Positions 22,335 to 34,203 are shown, counted from the first letter of the whole stretch. The stretch: 63,985 nucleotides of DNA, filler included, from Trichomonas gallinae (GCA_008369845.1; 7 parts of 7 records of this genome joined end to end with filler, not necessarily neighbours in it); one strand, 5' to 3'. Numbers and translations: made by a program. The notes: generated by a model from the sequence alone, not told the origin.

Positions 22335-23351
22335 ATGGAAATAGTCATGCATAGGCATGATCCCATTTGGGATAGATTCTTCGACCCTGAAGTTAATCCT
22401 ACTGTATATAAAAAATCAAAATATGTTAGCACACCTGGAAATATATATGTAAGACAGTCATTTTTCATCAGATGCAAGCAAAATGGAGCAATAAGAGTTG
22501 AAAATTCTGAAAATAATAGAATCTTAACTTCCGAATCTTTCTTTTATGACACATATGCACAACAATTTGGGGGTTCAATTTATGCAGATGGTGGATATTG
22601 CATCCAATATCGTGTTTGTAGTATAAAATCCTCAATTTCAGATGATCATGCAGCCGGATGTCATTCATATGTTTTAAAATGCATGGAGAATTTTATAATA
22701 GAAAGCTCAATTTCAAAATGCATTGGATATTTGAGTGCAGTAAGCCTATCTGGAGGAAATCAGCTCATTGATTCTTCAAATATATCATATATAAAATGCA
22801 CAGTCAATTCTGCCTTCAGTAGCATTAGTAATGAGGAGTTATTCAAAGTGAATTATTCTTCGATTTTCAATAACACATGTCAATACCAATGCATTATGTA
22901 CCATATAAATGGTGAGCATTCCGTTAATAGTTGTAATGTAATTAGAAATGCAAATGATAAAACTATTGACATTTATGGTGTTGTTTGGAATCAAGGCTGT
23001 AATCTTAGAATTGAAAAATGTATTTTCTCGGAAAATAACGTTCCTTCTATTTTCGCAGTTGGTTATAATTCTGATGATTTCGTATTTCTTGTTGATCAAT
23101 GTTTATTTGCAGATAACGAAGCAGCTACAACTGTCAGCGGATTATTCAGTGTTAATATAACGACGGCAAATGAACTTGATCTAAAACTACGACTCTACAC
23201 ATACCAACAATGTGATGAAATCTATCTGAGCCTCTATGTACCTCCAGCTGAGAAAACATGTGTTAAGTTAATCGGTCGTGTTCATCCTTTTGTTTATGAT
23301 TCGTTAGTATTATTAATAATACGCTCTCAAAATTTTATTAGTAGACCATGA
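22335..23351 (+). CDS. Cys/Asn-rich right-handed beta-helix (pectin lyase fold-like) protein, expanded trichomonad family
   Basis: GGSIY, SNISY, SIFNN, CNVIRN and CIFSEN repeats typical of parallel beta-helices. Confidence 0.75.
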   Translation: MEIVMHRHDPIWDRFFDPEVNPTVYKKSKYVSTPGNIYVRQSFFIRCKQNGAIRVENSENNRILTSESFFYDTYAQQFGGSIYADGGYCIQYRVCSIKSSISDDHAAGCHSYVLKCMENFIIESSISKCIGYLSAVSLSGGNQLIDSSNISYIKCTVNSAFSSISNEELFKVNYSSIFNNTCQYQCIMYHINGEHSVNSCNVIRNANDKTIDIYGVVWNQGCNLRIEKCIFSENNVPSIFAVGYNSDDFVFLVDQCLFADNEAATTVSGLFSVNITTANELDLKLRLYTYQQCDEIYLSLYVPPAEKTCVKLIGRVHPFVYDSLVLLIIRSQNFISRP

Positions 23352-23609
23352 AAATTTTCGCAAAAATGCGAAAATCGACTTAAAAAATTGTTTAACCGGA
23401 AACTTTAAAGCATAGAATAATACATACTATTGTATGCTATATATTTTTACAATTTTGGATGTTCAATTCCTACTAGAAACTGATTTTTGAAAAAAAAAAG
23501 TATATTAATGTATATTAATTCTTTTACGAATGTTATGCATATGCAATTATGAGTAATTTTCCCGAAATTTTCTCATATCCTTATTATATAGAAATAGAAA
23601 AATTCATCT

Positions 23610-24161
23610 AATCTGGTACACCTCCTGGATCGTGTCTGCTCAACTCCTTCAAGTTCATATAGTTCAACCCCTTCATCTACTCCTAGTTCAACACAGCATT
23701 CAACTCCCTCAAGCACACCTAGTTCAACACTGTTTTCAAACCCTTCATCTACTCCTAGTTCAACTGACAGGACATCTTATCCAGATAGGACTCGAGTACC
23801 TGATAGGGCTGCTCTGCCAACAGAAACTATACCAGCTCCAACTGAAATCAAGAAGAATCAAGATAATGATTGATCAGCACCAAAGTTGATGACGTGGCTT
23901 CCCTATGTTATTGCTGTCGATCTTCTTCATTATTTTCTTCTGGAAGAGGAAGGAAGAGGAGTCATCACCATAGTCACCACTTGAAATGGAACAGTTAGCA
24001 ATGGAGTCCATAGCATGGGCAATGAAGAAGACTCAACAGCAGAAAGTGGACTTTGGAGAACAAACATCAAGAAGGAGTCTGACGTAGAAGATCCATTCAG
24101 AGATCACTTCGATGAAGACAAGAAATTCGATTTCTACCAGCCAAATGTTTTACAACTTTGA
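23610..24161 (+). pseudogene. 3' remnant of a Bap-like/adhesin surface protein (STPS stalk, TM helix, acidic tail)
   Basis: A frame not in the ORF track reads STPSSSYSSTPSSTPSST...DRTSYPDRTRVPDR...ND*SAPKLMTWLPYVIAV. After a frameshift: IFFIIFFWKRKEEESSP*, later EDPFRDHFDED. No 5' part. Confidence 0.75.
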
Positions 24162-24593
24162 AATTTCCAAATTGCGGATTTATGTTAATAAAATGATCCA
24201 ATTCCATGCGGTTTTTCATTCATTATGCTTTTCTTTCTGTGAGTTTAATATATAAGACAGTTTTTCCTTGTAATATTCCGAAAATTTTTTACATGTGTCT
24301 ATTTACAGGATTTTACAAGTGATGTAGCTTTGATGTGATGTATAGATTCATTTTACCGTTTCCAATTTTATTAATTAGTAGTATTGAAGCCCATTCAATT
24401 TTAAATCACGAAAAATTCAGCCGAATGGCAATTATTCTCATATCGATCTCACTACTTGAGCCAAATAATATTAAAAACTAAACGCTAAAAGATCCAGTTG
24501 CTGTTGAAAAAAATGATGAAATCTGAAAATATTTGGTAATTAATAGAAAATTCATTAGTTTTTCAATAATAAAATAGATTTAATACATAAACA

Positions 24594-25337
24594 TTAATAG
24601 ATAGTGGCGAAATACTCACGATTTCTAGCTCTGATAGTAGGACAAACATTATCTGTGCAAAATGGCTCAGGTCTATTAAGCAATGATAGAAGAGACAACG
24701 GATCCGAAGACTTTTTCATGATTTTTTCGGACGTTGAAATAAAATAATCTTGATGGATCTCGAATTCACTAGGTCTGTCTGTTTTCTTGATAATCTTCGC
24801 TATTTCCAATATAGCGGCAACTTGATATAGTTTGCATCTCGTTGTTTTTTCGTGTTCATTATGACGGGACAAGAATGCAGCTGCTTGTATCAGGTTAAGC
24901 TTCCTTTGTTCCAATGATACAAATAATAACAGGAATTCTTCTGTAACTCTTTGTACGGAAATACATCCTTGATTATTAAAAATGTCATCTAAGCTTGATC
25001 CTGCGACGAATACATTATGTTCATTAGCCATCCTTTCTATCGTAAATCGAATTTGTTCGAATCCAATCCAAATGAAAGTTTCGTCATCAATTTTGGGTGT
25101 ACAACCAATGGCTTCGAAGACATTGATGACCTCATAGAAACGGCGCTGTTTGAAGCCGAATTGTTCACTTATTTGCTTTATATCATATTTAGTTTCTGTG
25201 GATTGCTTACAATGTTGGATGAAATCTAAGGTGGAATTTTTGAAGGAAGAGGGTTTCTCGAATCTCCTTCGTATAGTGTATATGCTGCAGTTGCCGTATA
25301 TGTTCTTCTTCATCTCATTAGGTTCGTAAATGTTCAT
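24594..25337 (-). CDS. Atypical E2F-family transcription factor with two winged-helix domains
   Basis: KQRRFYEVINVFEAIG...FIWIG and a second degenerate copy TRCKLYQVAAILEIAKII. ATG at 25337 follows a TCATT initiator. Confidence 0.85.
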   Translation of the reverse strand: MNIYEPNEMKKNIYGNCSIYTIRRRFEKPSSFKNSTLDFIQHCKQSTETKYDIKQISEQFGFKQRRFYEVINVFEAIGCTPKIDDETFIWIGFEQIRFTIERMANEHNVFVAGSSLDDIFNNQGCISVQRVTEEFLLLFVSLEQRKLNLIQAAAFLSRHNEHEKTTRCKLYQVAAILEIAKIIKKTDRPSEFEIHQDYFISTSEKIMKKSSDPLSLLSLLNRPEPFCTDNVCPTIRARNREYFATIY

Positions 25338-27537
25338 CTTATCAAAAATGAATAAATTTTTCAATAAACCTATATTTTTTCTTGATATATTCCATAAATG
25401 TGTATATGCAAAGCCTAAAAAACTTGTTTTGTCCATAGGTCCATTCAATTAAATTCGAGAAGAATTCAATTTTTGAGAAATACTTTTTGGCCGGATAATA
25501 AAGATTCCGTGTAATATTATATATGTATATTCGATGAGCATCAAAAACTAATTAATTTCTATTTTTCTCGAAATATTTATGAAAGTTACGAGTTTTTATG
25601 CACTAATAAAGATTTTAAACTAAAAACTTGCCCTTATAAAATAACGATTATTTTTTGAAAGCATCATTCAATTATGTTAAGGACATTTTTACCCTGTTAT
25701 TGGTAAATATAATAAAATCGAAAAATAAAAATTTTACAATTAATTTTTGATTCAAAATGACAAAAATTTAGAATCAGAAATTAACTGATTAAAACTATTT
25801 TGATAATGAATGAATTATCTATGTTATTCATGTATATATGTGACAATATATTCTATGAGGAAATAATTATTTTTCTGCTCAATCACACCAATGAAAATCA
25901 TATCGGAATTTGGACAAATTAAACCACGTATGATGAAATAAAATATCAGTTCTACGCTTTGAAACTCATTGAATTATTCGATGAGAAAGATTTGAATTGA
26001 CAACAAATCAAAAGAAATGATTTTATGGATTTCTTTTCATCATATAGAGCTCTTCATGCATATCAACACCATTATTCAATGCATTTTTGCGATTTTGACG
26101 CTAATAAAGATCTTCCGCCCTTGATTCATAAATTGATGGGTTGCGAATGAAACTTGAATTGAGATATATGCATGTATACATTGTATATAATACATTAAAG
26201 CAGTTTTGAAGCAATAAAATCAACTTTTTGGACAATAAGATTTCGATCAATATAACAATCTTTAAGCTTTTGATATATAATACTTTATGTCAATATCACT
26301 TATAATCAAGCTCAAAAGCCATTACAATTCTCAATAATTCATTTTTTGAAATTACAAAAAATTTAAAATCGAGCGGAACCAAAGTGATTTTAGATGCCAT
26401 TATTGTTATTATATCCATATATTTCATTTAATTCATGAAATGTGAGATCATTCTCAGTACACCAGCTTTTTTTGAATAAAAATCTAATATGATGGTATAA
26501 CCGACATTTTAAATTAGAAAAATTCATTTCCTCAGAAGGAAATAAACTTCATATTTTTCCAAAAAAAATTTAGAGAATAATTCTTAATTGGTTATCACGG
26601 GAACACCAGAAAACTGTCTGAATAGGAATAACATACATCAGAGAATCATAATACATTCAATCCTGAATGAAGAATCAAATTCTCCTAGAGAAACGGGCAT
26701 TTTCAAGATGATTATAGCTTTATTTCATCAGGATGATGTTATTTTATGATATACCATGTGCATAATATTCGATCATGAGCTGAAAAAATTCAAAATGAAG
26801 TAAGGAATTGACTTTCTGGCAATTTATTTAGTGTTAAATCAATAGATTAATGTCAAAGTAGATTAACTTCAAGTCCTCCCATCATGAAAATTAAATCAAA
26901 GAATTTGTTCAATATTTGGGTATAACAAATTATTAATGTCATATTCATCCAACAATATCCTAACATTAATTTCTGACTATTGTCAAAATTATTTTTCAAA
27001 AAAAAAATATTTAAAAAATTGTAAAATATTAGGAAATATTCAAAACTATACACAAAAAACTAATTTGGCGAAAATAATTTTGAATGGGGGAAAAGAATTA
27101 GAAATGAAGTCTATTAGTGTATATAAACAAGTTTCTTAAGGAAAAACTGATAAATTTTTAATTTTGCTTTTTATTATAATAAATATTATATATTATACAT
27201 ATTAATGAATTTTGCAACAATTTGATAGCATCAAGTCCATTATTTTGCAAAGTCCCCTTGACTTCCAAAATTAAAAATATTTTAAATATCAACATCTATA
27301 GTGTAACCAGATGTTACATCATCCAAAATAATTATTTGAGAATGGACACAAAAATTGAGAAAAATCATCATTGTCACATTTAATAATTCAAAGAAAAATT
27401 ATCGGTCATCGGATTATTTTCCCCTCAAAATCGATATTCATAGTTTTCCAAAATTATTAAGCTACAGATAATATTAGCAAAAATAAATGATTTTCTCTAA
27501 AATTTACAATGGCCAAACTACTCAGAAATAATCAAAA

Positions 27538-28986
27538 ATGAACAATCTTGATCTTTACATTAGGTACACAGAGAATCTCGGGTTCTACAACCCTCCACAA
27601 CAGGAGTCCGCTTATCTGCTGCAGCATAAAAGGAAAAATCCGGAGCAATTTAAACAAACAAAAATTGATTTCTACACGTGGAAGCATGAGTACTATGTAC
27701 CATGGACCACAATACTCGATATATTCATAATATTGCTGTACGTTTTGTTTTGCTTAACATTTCAGTCGACGAAGATGACATTTTTCCTCAATTTCGACAC
27801 GATTTTTGATACTTACTTCTTGGGAGATGCTGATGAGGATAATGATGGACTTACGTATATTTATTTTAAGAATGAATTCATAGATACCGTTGTATCTAAA
27901 TCAGCAATGCTCTTCGAGTTTGAGGACACTTTCCCATCTCAATTCGAATTCCAAAGAAGCTCTAATATAACATGTACGCTTAAAGAATACGGAAAGCCAA
28001 ACAAATATTATTACTACACAATCGAAAATTTATCATTGATAAGCGACCTTGCAACCTATTCATCTCATATCAAAACGTTTGAGGCACTCATAATCGATGT
28101 AGATTACTTAATTATCCAAAGCCAATCAGATTCACAATCTTTCAAAACCCTTAAATATCAAATGTCTTTCATTGATGTCGACAAATTAGGCATCATTGAA
28201 TGGAAATCTAAGCTAATTCAAACGAAAACTGATTACGGTGATAGAAAATCTTACATTGGAGGCTTCCAGAATGAAGTTTTCCCGATCGCGATTCTCATAT
28301 TCGATTTCATATCAATAGTTATATCTACTATAAGGTTCTTTTCGTTCTTTAAGATTGCTAAAAAATATGCGGAAAATAATTACATTTCTTTCACAAAAGC
28401 AGTCATGTGGAAAGTCGATGGATGGGAGTTGTTCAATCTTTTCTACTTAATATTAACTTTTGTATCAAATGCGATTTACTTATTTATTGTATATAATAAT
28501 TTTAACAATGAAAAATGGCTACTCTTCCTACTGGGTGTTTCAGCATTTGTCCATTCGTTCGGTTTATTCAAATCTTTAAGAATGAAAGAAGAATTATGGA
28601 TGGTTGCAAGATTAACAGGTAGATCACTCAAAGAATCATTTATTTTGTTCATTGGGTTTAGTCCAGTCTATACAGGTTTCGTTTTCATTGGTGTTGCATG
28701 GTTCGGATATTTCTGCAATGTATTTAAAGGATATTTGAGAACTGTCAAAGTTTTATTCTCTATTGCACACTCTGATATTGTTATGGATACTGAAGAACTC
28801 GTCAAAGACGCAGCTGTTACTGATGATTGGAAGATCTATGTTTATATATTTGCATGGACAAACTTGACTGTAGGCATTATGATCAATGTTGTTATCTCTA
28901 TCGCTGAAGTAGCAATTGACCAACTTATTCATGAAAAATGGACAAAAGATACGAAAGAAAAGTCATTTTTCTCTAGAGATGACTAA
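27538..28986 (+). CDS. Mucolipin/polycystin-type TRP cation channel (TRPML-like), 482 aa
   Basis: PW motif before S1, large S1-S2 luminal loop, DGW before S3, S5-pore helix-S6 (GFVFIGVAWFG...LFSIAHSD...INVVISI). Confidence 0.8.
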   Translation: MNNLDLYIRYTENLGFYNPPQQESAYLLQHKRKNPEQFKQTKIDFYTWKHEYYVPWTTILDIFIILLYVLFCLTFQSTKMTFFLNFDTIFDTYFLGDADEDNDGLTYIYFKNEFIDTVVSKSAMLFEFEDTFPSQFEFQRSSNITCTLKEYGKPNKYYYYTIENLSLISDLATYSSHIKTFEALIIDVDYLIIQSQSDSQSFKTLKYQMSFIDVDKLGIIEWKSKLIQTKTDYGDRKSYIGGFQNEVFPIAILIFDFISIVISTIRFFSFFKIAKKYAENNYISFTKAVMWKVDGWELFNLFYLILTFVSNAIYLFIVYNNFNNEKWLLFLLGVSAFVHSFGLFKSLRMKEELWMVARLTGRSLKESFILFIGFSPVYTGFVFIGVAWFGYFCNVFKGYLRTVKVLFSIAHSDIVMDTEELVKDAAVTDDWKIYVYIFAWTNLTVGIMINVVISIAEVAIDQLIHEKWTKDTKEKSFFSRDD

Positions 28987-29394
28987 AATGCTTAACACTC
29001 ATTCAATATCTTTCATGATGTTTCTAAAATTTTGTTTATATTTTTTCTTAACTTTAATTTTTTAGATTATAGTTAACATGGAGCTAATATATAAAAACTA
29101 TATGAGCTATATTGAAATATTTGACTGTAACAATAACAAGTTATTGTTTAAAATACAAACAAATAAGATTATATTATTAATATGATAAGCCAACTATATT
29201 ACAATGTTGCTTATCATATCTGCATGCAATTGAAATGTGCTGATTAGAAAAAAAAACATGAAATGATAATTCATTAATAATATTCATGAAATTGAATCTA
29301 ATTATTGTAAGTATTAAACTGTTCAGCATATGTATATTTCAAAAAATGCATGCAATTATCTAACTGACTGTGATATGATTTCATAAAATTAAAA

Positions 29395-30510
29395 TTATGG
29401 ATTTTCGGACTCTTCTTCATCCATTTCATCTTCAGTAGTTGATCTAGAGTGTGGAACATATCTGCAATGGCAGCAACTGTAGCAGCAGCAATATCTGCAG
29501 AATTTGCAAAAGTTACAGCATATTACAATTATAATAACGATGATAATGATGACACTTAATGATGCTCCAACAGTTATTATGAGTAACTTCTTTGGATCCA
29601 TTGGTTCTTTTTCTTTTGGAGGGTCAGGATCTCTACTTTCCAGATCGGAATTCTCTGTGATAATCATATCCTTGTTAGGCATTGTTCCATACATTGCTTT
29701 AAGACAAACATTGATATTGAATTCGGGACAATTTAATGATAAGGAAATATTCGCATCTGCAGAGATTTGATTAGAATTTTGCGTTGTGCTGTTCACAGTG
29801 AATATTCCATAATAACTAAAACTTGCTGGTGAAGAAAATTCTTTGCCTAAATTTAAAACAGCTGTATTTTCAGATGCTTGGTAAGTAACATTATATGTGC
29901 GCTCTTGAATACGTGAGTCATCATGTATAAATTCAAGAAATACAAGCTTTTGTTCGTGTATAGAAATAGAATTTCCTTCTTTTTCGTATTTATAGAAAAG
30001 ATGGAAATTCTCACGTGATCTAGATAACAAAAAGACTTTCCTATCTATGGTTGTTGGTACTCCATTTATTTCTTTCGTTGATTTTGCAGATCTTTCTAAA
30101 TTTATACTGATGAATGTATGAGGCGAAATATTGCTGTTCCGAACTTTCACTAAAGCGGGATGATCATCGCTTGATGTTGAAATTCCAAATACATAATTTG
30201 CTTCAACTGGGGCTTTATATTCATTAGTAGCGCTGTCCCATAGAGATACATACACATCGAGATTGTGGACAGTCGAAAGTGCCAAAATACAACCAAAAGT
30301 ATAAAAACATAAGTTTTCGTCAGGCGATACTATAACTTTCGTTTCGTTTAGGTACTTGTATTCACTGCATCCACTGATTACACTTGACCTTATGCTATCT
30401 TTGTCTTGTAAGATAGTGGGATGCATAGAAATGATTTCGAAAATTTTAAGATTTGGGATATTTAGCATGTATACTAATATTATATCAAGGCTAAATCCAA
30501 AAACGGCCAT
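29395..30510 (-). CDS. Single-pass membrane protein with Cys-rich juxtamembrane tail (alternative start 30426)
   Basis: C-terminal TM followed by CCNFCKFCRYCCCYSCCHC and an acidic end. A TCATT initiator precedes the ATG at 30426. Confidence 0.8.
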   Translation of the reverse strand: MAVFGFSLDIILVYMLNIPNLKIFEIISMHPTILQDKDSIRSSVISGCSEYKYLNETKVIVSPDENLCFYTFGCILALSTVHNLDVYVSLWDSATNEYKAPVEANYVFGISTSSDDHPALVKVRNSNISPHTFISINLERSAKSTKEINGVPTTIDRKVFLLSRSRENFHLFYKYEKEGNSISIHEQKLVFLEFIHDDSRIQERTYNVTYQASENTAVLNLGKEFSSPASFSYYGIFTVNSTTQNSNQISADANISLSLNCPEFNINVCLKAMYGTMPNKDMIITENSDLESRDPDPPKEKEPMDPKKLLIITVGASLSVIIIIVIIIVICCNFCKFCRYCCCYSCCHCRYVPHSRSTTEDEMDEEESENP

Positions 30511-31870
30511 GTTATTGTTTCTCTCAGAATTGAAAAATTTGTAAAATCAAAAATCAAAAAGAATATGTATATAATAAAAATAATAACTTTTTTTGATTAA
30601 TAAAAAAGTGTCATTTTTGATTTTTCAAATTGGTGATAGTTTGGTTCTTTTTTCAGCCAATTTCTTTATCATATTTTAATTTATGATGTCATATAAGCTT
30701 ATCCCGCAGCATCAGTTACTATATTTTTCATGATTTTCATTTTTTCACATAATAAATATTTTTGATATAACAGTTTATCATTTGGCATATCGATTTAGAT
30801 ACCTTTAGAATGCAAGAAATATATCCGAAATAGATTTTGAAAAATCAAAACTAATTTTGGATTATTCTTTTTGTTTTTGAAACCAACTCATATTGGTTAT
30901 AAAAACACTAATGGAAATATGAATAATTTTCCAACAGTATATAGGATTGTGGAAAGAAATATTTTTGATCAAATTTAATATTAGCTAACATGAATGGTTG
31001 AATAGAGTATTATTTTATATTCGAATTAAAATCACAAAATAACTCAGATAAAACTATCTTCTCATTGTTTTATTATTGAATATGTTTCGAGTTTAAGTTA
31101 TAGGCAACAATAATGAGCACAACACATCCTTACATTATAAGTTTGTGATATGTATATTTAAAGTATATGAAATCTGTTTGTTTACATTGAAGTGAATTTG
31201 AAAAAAATTTAAGATTTGGGATATTTAGTATTTACATCAATAAAATCAAATTAAATCCAAAAATGGTTCATATATCGTTTCTCTCTGAATCGAGCAAAAC
31301 GGAAAATTCAAAAATTTATCATAACATGCAGAAAATAAAAATAACCATATTACGCGTGTCAAATTTGATTTTCCAACGATCAATTTCGAGTTCAAAACAA
31401 ATTTGTTTCAAAATTTGAATATATGTTTATTTATTATATGATGATATTAGTTATCAACTTTTTAGACAAAAATGAAATTATTATTTTCGAAAAATTGATA
31501 TATTATTACTTTTGACTTGTAGATCCTATTTCTGCGTTCAAAAACGCTTTTTAAATGTCAGGAATTTTCAAAATGAAAAATCGACATAAGAAAAATCAAT
31601 GAAATTTGAAATATAGATATTTTATATTATATTTATACTATTTATGGAATAATTTTTGAAATATCGATAAAAATCATTGATATAGGCTTATATAATGATA
31701 AATTATTTGATTAAATGGTTTTCGAGAAATAATAATAAAAAAAGAAACGATGGAATATTTTTAAAAGGTTTACATATCAATTTGAAATGTTTACATCAAA
31801 ATTAAAATGTTTACGAAACCGAACCTCTCAACTCTATGAAGTGTCAAACGGCTTGGTCGATCAATTTTCA

Positions 31871-33727
31871 ATGAGTATATCTTATCTTCTTGCAAGTGCC
31901 TCCGCGCAAGTCTACGGAGCTTCCTGCAAGCGTATTAACGAAACTCATGCCACATTCACATTCGATGAATTAAAGGAATCCTGGGATGCCTACGCCACAT
32001 TCAATGACTCCCTTTCGGAAGCCGGCTGGGGCAGACTCAACATCAAAGCAAATCCAAATTCAACATCTCTTGATCAATTCTACTGCATGGGCTACATTGA
32101 TACATCAGTTTCTGTTAATCGTGTTTACGAAGCTTATCACTTATTCCGCGAGGCTCAGGGCGCCACAGACGAGTGGCCAAGTGGCTGGACAAACTGGATC
32201 CGCCAGAACATCGAATACATCAATGAAATGATCGACGCCAATCCAAACTCCGATTACTGGAAGTCTATCAAGCTCATCCGCGAACAGTTCCGTGGTATGG
32301 TTGCTGGCCTCCGTGATCACAAGCCAGAAGGCGAAGTCGAAATTTCTGAAGTCGATTTCTGGATCTTCCAGTCCGCTGGCGATTTCGATGACCTCGCTGA
32401 AATCCTCAACCCAGGAACAACAAAAGACCCAGAGCTCAGCTCCCACTGCACAGGTATGCTCAAGTTCGCTCCAAACTACACAGATATCTACTTCGCTCAG
32501 GACACATGGAGCGACGTTCGCGACCTCCACGCCTACCTCAAGTCATACTCACTTAACGTTCCAGAGTTCAAGGCCAAGAATATCGCCTTCTCAACACGTA
32601 CTGGCCATATCCAGTCTGTTGATGATTTCTGGATGGCTGACACAGGCCTTCTCGTCTTCGAGACAACACTCCACTGCTTCAACAAGACACTCTACTCCTT
32701 CGTCACACCACAGTCAGTTCTCACATGGATGCGTGTTTACTACGCCATGCTCTCTGCTGACAACGGCCGTGATTGGACACAGAACTTCATCCAGCAGAAC
32801 TCTGGCACATACAATAACGAATACATCGTCCTTGATACAAAGAAGTTCACACCAGGACAGAAGCCAACAACAGATCTCGTCTGGATGATCGAGCAGCTTC
32901 CAACAGTTTACCACTCTGAGGATATCACAGATAAGTTCGTCGCTCAGGGCTGGTGGCCATCAATCAACACACCATACTTCGAAGATATCTTCAACCTTGC
33001 CGACTATCCAGGCCAGCAGGTTAGAGAGCCAAACAAGAAGGACTTCTGGTCATACTATGATCAGCCACGTTACAAAGTCATCACAAAGCACGTTAACGAC
33101 GATAACACATATGACTTCTTCAAGACACTCATGAGATGGAACCACTACCTCGATGAGAAGGAGCCAAACTACCTTGAACCAGCTCAGGGCATCCTCGCTC
33201 GTTACGACCTTCGCCCAGAGAACGGCACAGCATTCGGCAAGAAGTCATCCTTCGCTGGCCTTGACTCCAAGACAGCCTCCGCCATCAAGGCTTCCAAGCA
33301 CCTCACATTCGATGCCATCGGCTCTCCAAACTACGAGACACTCCCAGCCTTCAACTTCAATGACTGGCCAAAGGTCAGCCACACAGGCATGCCAGCCGAG
33401 TGGAAGTTCCCATGGACGTCCTTCGCCGCCGGTGAGTATACATGCTCCACATTCAACAAGACTGACGAGTGCCTTAACATGCCAGGATGCGGCTGGTGCA
33501 TGTACTCTAACAAGTGCCTCCCAGCTCTCTCCAAGGACAGACCAGCCTTCGGCTGCGAGTGCGAAGACGGCTGGAAGGTCAAGGTTTACCTTCAGTCATA
33601 TGCAATCCCACTTATCACTACAGTCTCAGTCTCAATCGTTGTCTTTGTCATCGCTGTCTACGTCATGGCATACTTCTACGCCAAGAAGCAGGCAACAGCA
33701 AATCCAAATTACGATAGTATCAAATAA
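31871..33727 (+). CDS. Phospholipase B-like Ntn hydrolase with PSI-like domain and C-terminal TM
   Basis: GWGRL, SHCTGMLK (nucleophile Cys), SVDDF, NSGTYNNEY, WWPSINTPYF, RYDL, GLDSK; CLNMPGCGWC; TM; YDSI tail. Strong C-ending codon bias suggests high expression. Confidence 0.93.
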   Translation: MSISYLLASASAQVYGASCKRINETHATFTFDELKESWDAYATFNDSLSEAGWGRLNIKANPNSTSLDQFYCMGYIDTSVSVNRVYEAYHLFREAQGATDEWPSGWTNWIRQNIEYINEMIDANPNSDYWKSIKLIREQFRGMVAGLRDHKPEGEVEISEVDFWIFQSAGDFDDLAEILNPGTTKDPELSSHCTGMLKFAPNYTDIYFAQDTWSDVRDLHAYLKSYSLNVPEFKAKNIAFSTRTGHIQSVDDFWMADTGLLVFETTLHCFNKTLYSFVTPQSVLTWMRVYYAMLSADNGRDWTQNFIQQNSGTYNNEYIVLDTKKFTPGQKPTTDLVWMIEQLPTVYHSEDITDKFVAQGWWPSINTPYFEDIFNLADYPGQQVREPNKKDFWSYYDQPRYKVITKHVNDDNTYDFFKTLMRWNHYLDEKEPNYLEPAQGILARYDLRPENGTAFGKKSSFAGLDSKTASAIKASKHLTFDAIGSPNYETLPAFNFNDWPKVSHTGMPAEWKFPWTSFAAGEYTCSTFNKTDECLNMPGCGWCMYSNKCLPALSKDRPAFGCECEDGWKVKVYLQSYAIPLITTVSVSIVVFVIAVYVMAYFYAKKQATANPNYDSIK

Positions 33728-34203
33728 GTAGTTTTTATAAACAATTTACAACATCTCATTAAAATCTAATATACAACTAAAACCTATATTAGTTCGCCTA
33801 AATTTCGATCAAATTTATTTTTATCGATAATCTTTTATGTTTTATCGTGATTGGAATCATTGATTAAGTCATTGACGTCTAGGAAATACGAGAAGGCTTT
33901 TGATATGAAGAGGTTGAACTATTCCATGAACTATGAGAAAAAGTTTTACAATTTCATGAAATTTATGATCATAAAATGAAGCAAAAATCAAAGCTGTATT
34001 ATCACAATTTGTCCTATGCGTTGACATCTGAATAGTTAAAATCTTATATTAAAATCATGCTATTTAGCAAAAAGTTAAACTATTTTTTCATAGATTTAAC
34101 TCCTATAACTCACATATTTTTTTGACGAATCATTTTTGTAAAATGTCAAAATATCTGATTTACGTGACAAAATTTTAATTGTGTACGTTTACTAATATAT
34201 ATT

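Noticed and set aside
31986..33731. Several long overlapping alternative-frame ORFs within the phospholipase B gene (also within the ABC and giant genes)
   Set aside because: Shadow ORFs caused by strong codon bias or low complexity; no recognisable protein features.
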